Source: Cladosporium halotolerans (taxonomy: Eukaryota). From it: a DNA stretch of 64,000 nt. Shown here in pieces: positions 56,368 through 64,000 of the stretch. The stretch is taken from the NCBI RefSeq assembly GCF_011745625.1, contig NW_027191471.1, positions 62,001 through 126,000 of the forward strand, given 5' to 3'. Made by a program: the position numbers and the translations under genes. Below the pieces are notes generated by a model, which was not told the origin of the DNA, did not search any database, and saw nothing but the letters and a program-made list of their open reading frames with translations. Positions within the stretch are counted from its first letter, which is position 1; every line of letters starts with the position of its first letter.

Positions 56368-59300
56368 CTAAGCAGGAGACTTCGAGTCTACATCCATCTT
56401 GTCCTCCTGCTTCACGGTCGACTTGTCATTGGCGGGAGAAGACTCCTTCTTGACATCAGAGTTGCCGTTTGACTCTGACTTCGCAGGCAGGGCTGGAGCA
56501 GCGGCCTTCGGTGCGGAGTCTTTGCCGGTGATCTTGACATACATGTCCCTCAGCTTCTTTCCAGAGACACGCTTCGAGTCCTTGGTGCTCTGAGGCCAGT
56601 GACGGTCCGAGACGAATTCCCACAACTTGTCCTCGAGCGAAGAGTTGCCCTTAACGCTCGGGTGGTTGGTAACGTGATTTCCAATTCCGACGAGGCTGAC
56701 CTTGATGATCTTAAGACGGGTCATGTCGTCGGGGATCTTCTTCTTCTGAGCACCGAAGGCGCGGGCGAGGTGATCAGACACAGGAGCCAGAAGATGTTGC
56801 AACTTCTTCTCGGATTCAGTCATGGGCTTGCCATGGCCGTTAGCCATTGGCGAAGAGGCGACACGCTGGTGACCGGGGCGAGGCTGTTCAGCTTGACGCT
56901 GCCTGATCCGTTCGCGATCTTCAGTGCTAATCCGCCGGTGACCATTTGGAGACCCGTGAGAATGCGTACGGCGGTCCATGCTATTCCTGATGTCGGACTG
57001 GTGCCTGTCGTGGGAATGTCCCTTGCGATGGTGGCCAGGCGCAGGGCTTGCTGATCCGTTGGGTGTTGCAAAGCGCCCATGGAAGCTTCCAACATGCTTG
57101 CGGTTGTTGCGGTGGTGATTCTCCATCGCTCTCCTCGCCTGGCTGTTGGAGCCACCGCTCGTCTTGTCGCGAAGAACGCTCACGAGGTACCCAGCACGAC
57201 GCACCAGATGCACCGCACCAGGGGATTTTGTGGTCTTGACGTCGCTCTTCTCGCGTTCCTCTTTTTGTCCAACTCGATGCTCTTCAAGGAACATCTTGTC
57301 GCCCATATCAAGGTCAGGATCATCCCGAATAGCAGACCAAGCGCCCATGCCATGTCTCGCGATACCAACAGTAAGCATGCCATCTTCTTTGGCGCCCCAG
57401 TCACATGTGTACGAAGCTGGCTTGGACGCTTCAGGGATGCGGAAGCTTTTCGGATCCTTGCTCTGAGCAACGAGCTCGCGAATCATGCGCATGTCCACTG
57501 GACGCTCCTTGATGGTCTCTGCGTTGATGCGCTTGACCCCACGGAAGTCGTAGAGTACGGTCTTTCTCTCTTTCTTTGTGATTTGCTTGCCAGTGGACCG
57601 CTCTAGCTCGGTCAATCGATCAGCCTCTTCTTTCAAGAGTCTATCGGCCTCATCAATGACCGCTTGAAGGGTATCGCGGACGACGCCAATATCGCGGCTG
57701 AGCAGGCGGGCTTCGCGGACGATGTCGTCGGGTTTCTCTTCGAACGAGCCAAAACGCTCGTACGCTCTGATGAGATTACGGCACTCCTTCTCGCCAAGAG
57801 GTCGTTTCGGATCGCGACCGCGGTCGGTATCATCGTCGTCATCAGAGGCAGCGTCTGCAGCAGCTTCGGCAGCGAGGTCACGCGCCCTCTTCTTGGCTGC
57901 ACGTTGCTCTCGGGCCTCGTCGACAGGAGCCTTCCTCTTGCGAGGCTGGTTGGCCTCGATGACGCTCTCCAGATAGGCCGCCTCTTCCTTCTTGCGCTCT
58001 TCCTCTTTGATCTTCTCAAGCTCCGCTTGTGGAATGATCTCATCCCATTCAAGGTCAACTTTCACGTCGGTGTACTCGAAACTGCGCAGGAACTCTTCGC
58101 CACCGTCGGTCGTCATGCCTTCGGGCTGCTCCGTCTTGTGCTCCTCAGCGTTTTCAAGAACAGCGTCAATGTCGAGCTCTTCGAGCTTGCGCTGGTTGTT
58201 GGTCTGCTCAAACATCTTCTGGCCACGCTTCTTGAGGATACGGGAGATTTCATCAGAGGAAGTAGGTTCGACGGCCATCTCGCCGGCACGAGCCAACTTC
58301 TCCTTCATCTCCGTGTTGTCTTTGTCTGTCACGCCTCGCTGGATGGTGATGAACTCAAGCATGAGCTTGTTTCTGGCACGCTCCAAGACTTCTTCTTCGA
58401 CAGTGTCTTTGGAGACGAGACGATAGATCGTGACTGGCTTTTTCTGGCCAATGCGATGAGCACGTGCCATGGCTTGCAGATCGGCTTGCGGATTCCAGTC
58501 TGAGTCGAACAGGATGACAGTGTCGGCAGTCATCAAGTTGATACCAAGACCACCGGCGCGAGTTGACAGCAAGAAGCAGAAGTCTTGGCTGTCGGGCGCA
58601 TTGAAGTGGTCGATTGCCATTCTTCTCGATCCTGCTGCAATCGTGCCGTCGAGCCTCTGGAATTGGTGGCCGCGCAGGTTGAGATAGTCGCCAAGCAGAT
58701 CGAGCATCTTGACCATTTGACTGAAGATCAACACGCGATGGCCGTCCTTCTTCATCTTTGTCAAAAGCTGATCTAGAAGCATCATCTTTCCACTGCTTGT
58801 GACGAGAGCTTTCAGTTGTTCTTCGCGCGTGCCTGTTGTGCCTTCCAGGATACGCTCTTCGGCATTAGGGAACATGAACGCATGGTTGCTGGCCTTCTTC
58901 AGCTCCATCATGATGTTCAGCAGGGATGCTTTGTGGCCTTTGCCGCCGGCGTTGAGTGCTGTGTAATTACGAGTGAGGATGTTCTTGTAGTATTCCAGCT
59001 GAACGTCTGCAAGTTCGACACGGATGATCTTTTCGGTCTTCGGGGGAAGGTCGCCTTCGACTTTCTGCTTGGTGCGGCGAATCATATACGGTGAGATCGC
59101 GTTCGTGAGCTCGGCGATCTTCTCGCTGGCGTGCTCCGAAGTCAAGTCGATGTCTTCGTCAACCTTGACTTTGCCAGGCATCAGGAAATCCATCAGCGCA
59201 GACAACTCGCTCAAGGTATTCTGCATGGGAGTACCAGTGATGAGCAGCCTGCTCGGTGCACCAAATTCCATGAGCTTCGCGTACAGTTGCGAGTCACGGT

Positions 59301-61352
59301 TCTTCAACCGATGAGCCTCGTCGACGGCCATGAACTGCCATTTGAGCTGGGACAAGAACCCGGCATCGGCAAGGACATACTCGTATGTTGTGAGGAGCAC
59401 GTTGAACTTGACCTTCTTGTAGTTTCGTGGGTCGACCAGAAGCTCGTACTCACGGATGATCTTACGAGCCTCTTCGTTGCCGTTGTAGACAACATAGTTG
59501 ATATCAGGCGTCCAGTTGTCGAAAGTATCTGCCCAAGCAGGCATAGTGGAGAGAGGCACGACTACGATGAACGGCCCTTGTTGGCCACGTTCGTGCTTCA
59601 GCCAGTCGATGAAAGAGACAGTCTGTACTGTCTTGCCCAGTCCCATCTCATCAGCAAGGATGACATTGTTACCCTTGCACCAGTGGTGCGCAAGGAAGTT
59701 GAGACCGTGGATTTGAAATTCGCGAAGCTCACCGCCCTTAATGTACTCGGGTTGCGTACGGAAAGGTTTGTAGTCCGATCGCGTCGCCAGACTTGCTTCG
59801 CGCTGATTTGTCTGAGGCATCTTCGATGTTCTGTCGAGGTAGCGGTCGATCTCGGTTTGTGCAAGCTCACTAACCAAGGCGGCGGTCTCCCAGGTGCAGA
59901 AGTCGTACGGAAGACCTTTCCACTTGACGTAGTATTCTGTGTCTTCATCACCATCCTGCGCGCTGATGATACGTTCGACTTTCATGTATTCGTTTAAAGA
60001 ATCCAGGTATGTCTCACGATCCAGGTTCCATTTCTCCCTGTCTTCAAGGGCGGTGTCCGGGTGGAGCATGTCAAGTTCCAGCAAGATGACCTTTCGGAAG
60101 TAGTTCTCCACGCGACGGATGCCTCTCAAGTTCTTTAGTGTATCCCAAGATTCCCAGGTTGCGTGATAATGGCTCTGGCCTTGCCATTTGATCTGCAAGG
60201 TAAATGAATCAACATCTATACACATGGTAGGTGTTGGTGAGAGGCTTGACTTACATAGTACTCGTACTCTTTCTTCGTCGGATTTTCCTCATCTGCAAAC
60301 ACAGTTTAGCTCAGACGAACCTTCAGACGGAAAGGAGTGACACTCACCTGCGCCTTCGATGAGTCTGTGGTTGAGGACAGTGTCAACAGAAGGGCCGGTC
60401 GGCTCGACCGCCCATGTGCTGGGAGTCACTGTCTCGGTGTCCTCTTCGCTCAAGCCGTAGTCCTCTTCCTCGTTGTAGTTCGTGACCTTCGCTGCCTGGC
60501 GCGTGGAGAAGCGCACTTCACCAATTTGGGGTGTCCCTGCACCAGAAGCGGCGGCTTGCTTCTGCCGGCGGTGCTTTCTAGCAAAAGAACGACCTTTGGC
60601 TCCGCCGTAGACGTCGTCCTCGTCGGATCCATCGTCGTCAGAGGAAGGCTGGATAGAAGAGTTGTTGCCTGTGCGTGTCGACGCTGTGCTAGGTCAGTCT
60701 TGTACTGAAATGTAGAGTCCGTGAAAGGAAGAACGAACCTGGCCGGGTACCAGTGGTCTTCTGGCGCTTCCGCCTTCTGCTCGGGTTTACGTCGTCAGAG
60801 TCTTCATCATCGTCACTAGTCTCGACCTATTATTCCCATTAGTACAAATGTCAGAGTAGTTGCGCCTGTGAGTGCGCACGTACCACTCGATGTTGAGGTC
60901 GCGCGCGGCCCTGGAAAGCGGTGTCAGCAGCATTCATGAAATGGGTGATGGAGAAGACAAACGCTACGGCGGAGCCCATATAGCTCGGGATTTTGCTTCA
61001 TGTACTGTTCATCATCGACAGGTCCCCTTCGCTTGCCTGACCTCACTTCTTCTTCTGATGAAGAGCTGTCGTGTCGCATTCCATTTTCTCCGTCCGGCGG
61101 CGGTGTCTCCTCGTCGAAATCGGCATCCTGCTCCTCGGCGCCATCCTCTTCATCATCCACCTCAGAGGTAGCCATGTCTTGCATCGCATCGTCATCTGAG
61201 CCTTCCTGCTGTGCCTGGTCGTTCATCCTCGATGTGGACGTGGTGGGAAGGTCATTGACGTCTGAGAGCGGGCTCTCGCTCCCTGCGCGAGGAGGCGACG
61301 TTTCGGAGCGGTCATCATCGTGGTCATCGGCATATCCGTTCATCATCGACAT
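56368..61352 (-). CDS. CHD1: Chromodomain helicase DNA-binding protein Chd1
   Basis: Two chromodomains, SNF2 'ILADEMGLGKT', DEAH, 'LLSTRAGGLGINL', 'QAMARAHRIGQ', SANT/SLIDE-like region; several 5' introns; start ATG uncertain. Confidence 0.95.
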
Positions 61353-62948
61353 ATCGTCCAGGGTGTGGATGTGGGCTGGAGGGAGTACTGGTCCCACTGC
61401 AGGAATAGGCAGTCAGCAGTGTATCTAAGGCTGTGGCAGTCGCGGCGGGCTGAAATTTTCGAGGCAGCTAGCCAGCATATACGCGACCGGTTTCCCCGCG
61501 AGAGATAACCGTGTTGCTATAGAATACGCGATGATAGAAGGTCCGACCGGTGAATGCGGCCTCGTGATGAGATGCCGGCCGAGTGCGCTGAGCACCGCGG
61601 ACGGCAGACCGAGGGAAAGGAGTCCTTACAGTGCAGATCGGCGGCATTCAAAGTAGTCGTGGACGCCAGTCTTATAGTTCCGAGGTGTTTCTAGGGCCGA
61701 TGGTGATGGTATATGTCCAGACGAAGGCTCGTTCGATGGCCGAGCGCGAGGCGCGGGTTCGCGTCGTGCCGCGGATGGACAGGTGACAAAACTGCTCAAA
61801 GAGTGTGGATGGCGCTCACTCGCACAGCATACTTCGTATGTGCCCGGCCGTAATAATTGTCGCGGTTTTGCCGGTTGGCGGGTGGTGATCAGGTGGTGAA
61901 GGTGCAGCGTGCGTAGAAGGTCTGAAGGCTAGCGCTCTGGCGTCGAGCGCCAAGAGACTGGATCGGCCGGCGGTTTTGCTCGCGCCGGCGACGACGACAC
62001 CTTGGAGCTAATCAGAAGGGACGGCCGGATGCAAGAATAGTGAATATTGTTGCATCACTTGATATGAAATATGTATTCTTCGTAGCAATACACTTTCTCA
62101 CTAGCTAGATTCGGTCGACAGTCATCGATTGGCGATGCCGGGCAAATGTTTGATACGGCGCTATATATACCGAGCAACGACATGAAGCTGCTTTATTTGC
62201 TCGACTTGCGAGTGACGGGATAAAATCTTAGAGTGCACATTGTGAGTTCTGTCCACGAAATTCATTCTTTCGTGCATTCTCACAAGAGTGAGATATCAAG
62301 TGCTGTCTTGCCTTGCATCCGATCGGCTGTTGGACTGAGACAATATAAACCTCCGAGATGACAGCCTCGCAACTGCTCCAGCATGAAGCAGTCCTCTAGT
62401 ATCTCGCGATGCCGAATGAAGTGAGAAGCAAGAATATAGACGCAATCACCAAGTTGTAGCTCGTGATAAACGTGATCTAGGAGTAGGTAATCTTCGTGCG
62501 ATGGCCGCTACGCGAGGCAAGACACCGTTCCGACACGGTCGCGTGCTTTTAAGTTGACGGGTGTCTAGGCTTGGAGCAATCTGATTTTTCGCATCGCTAC
62601 CTTGTAGGTGGTACAACCATTGAAAACGCCTTCATTGGATTCGAGATACTGGGAGTGATCGGGTGTAGGAAGACAGATCCAAGGACAAAAGTCGGTGATC
62701 TTGCGGTCAGGCAGCGTCGCAGGCAGGCCGAACCCACCTGCAGAGCCATCGAGCCCCGCGTGCCCCGCCAATCAGCCACTCAGGCTAGGTCAAGATTGTG
62801 ACAGCCCGCACCAAAACTTTCAACAACATCCCGCACCAAACCCACGAATTGCGTCGACTCGTAGGGAAATACCGGCCCATCACCCGCGACTCGCTCCAAG
62901 ACTCTCTCACGGCCTGGGCGGTGCCTCCTCGAGCCCAACACCGCAATC

Positions 62949-64000
62949 ATGACCGACAAACTCACCCGGTGCGTCGTCCTGTCCTGGCTGCCACTTGGCG
63001 CTCACCGCACAGCGTGACACAGCTCAAGAAACTCATACCATACACAGTATCGCGATCGTCAACTCCGACAAGTGCAAGCCCAAGAAATGCCGTCAGGAGT
63101 GCAAGAAGGCCTGCCCCGTCGTCAAGACCGGCAAGCTCTGTATCGAAGTCGACCCCAACAGCAAGATCGCATTCATTAGTGAGCGTCTCTGCATCGGCTG
63201 CGGTATCTGCCCCAAAAAGTGCCCTTTCGACGCCATTCAGATCATCAACTTGCCCACCAACCTCGAGAGCCAAGTCACCCACCGCTACTCCGCCAACAGC
63301 TTCAAACTCCACCGTCTGCCCATGCCCCGACCGGGCCAGGTCCTGGGTCTCGTTGGAACCAACGGTATTGGCAAGAGTACGGCGCTGAAGATTTTGGCGG
63401 GCAAGCTGAAGCCCAACCTTGGTCGTTTTGAGAACCCGCCGGATTGGGAGGAGGTGCTCAGATACTTCCGTGGATCTGAGTTGCAGAGTAAGACTGGTCG
63501 AAATAACTGTACATGAGGAGGATGTGCGCTAAGAACACCACAGACTACTTCACAAGGGTCCTTGAGGACAACCTGAAGGCTATCACCAAGCCGCAGTACG
63601 TTGATCAGATTCCCAAAGCGCTGAAGCAGAAGGACAACCGCTCTGTTGGCGCACTCATCACAGACCGCTGCGATGTCGGCGAGGACAGGCTCAAAGAAAT
63701 CAGGGAGACCCTCGGTAAGTCCCTCGAAACAACACACTTCATATCATGAGGTTTACTAACACTTGTATCAGAGCTCGATGTTGTCTGGGATCGTGACATT
63801 GACCTCCTCTCCGGTGGTGAGCTGCAGCGTTTCGCCATTGGTATGGTCTGTGTTCAAAAGGCCGACGTCTACATGTTTGACGAGCCTTCTTCCTTCCTCG
63901 ATGTCAAGCAGCGTCTCGCTGCCGGTCGTCTGATCCGCAGCCTTCTCTCTCCTGACAGCTACGTCATCGTCGTCGAGCACGATTTGTCCATTCTGGACTA
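62949..64000 (+). CDS. RLI1: ABCE1/Rli1 Fe-S ABC ATPase (partial)
   Basis: [62 protein letters not shown]. Confidence 0.97.

Noticed and set aside
57664..59997. Long antisense ORFs over CHD1 (also 39302-40276, 46183-47154, 54163-54891)
   Set aside because: Expected shadows of GC3-rich codon usage; no protein-like motifs
1..64000. Secondary-metabolite cluster, Starship captain, CRISPR array or bacterial contamination
   Set aside because: No PKS, NRPS, terpene synthase, tyrosine recombinase or spacer-repeat array seen; bacterial-type genes are interleaved with intron-bearing fungal genes

Overview
Gene-dense eukaryotic DNA from a filamentous ascomycete (short GT-AG introns with CTRAC/CTAAT branch sites; Dothideomycete affinity is my inference). 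About 26 protein-coding genes and one intron-containing tRNA-Asp(GTC). Most genes are conserved housekeeping loci: VRL1-like VPS9/ankyrin/PX protein, PITH protein, VPS20, RIX7, RXT2, CUE5-like, DHX35-like, NUP120, RAD51, CHD1, RLI1. Among them are accessory or bacterial-type genes: an intronless GH42 beta-galactosidase with a secretion signal, a luciferase-like flavin monooxygenase, a Goodbye-NACHT-helical-ZnF NLR-like protein, and a microbial-type PARG (DUF2263) whose catalytic QEE motif reads PEA. Other signals: a transition-mutated tandem duplication of the tRNA 3' end plus trailer, a GC-AG intron, a PTS1 on a HIT protein, a serine-less patatin, and a run of strictly alternating gene orientation with very short convergent gaps. 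No intact transposon, CRISPR array, rRNA or secondary-metabolite backbone gene was seen. All family calls come from motif recognition, not database searches.
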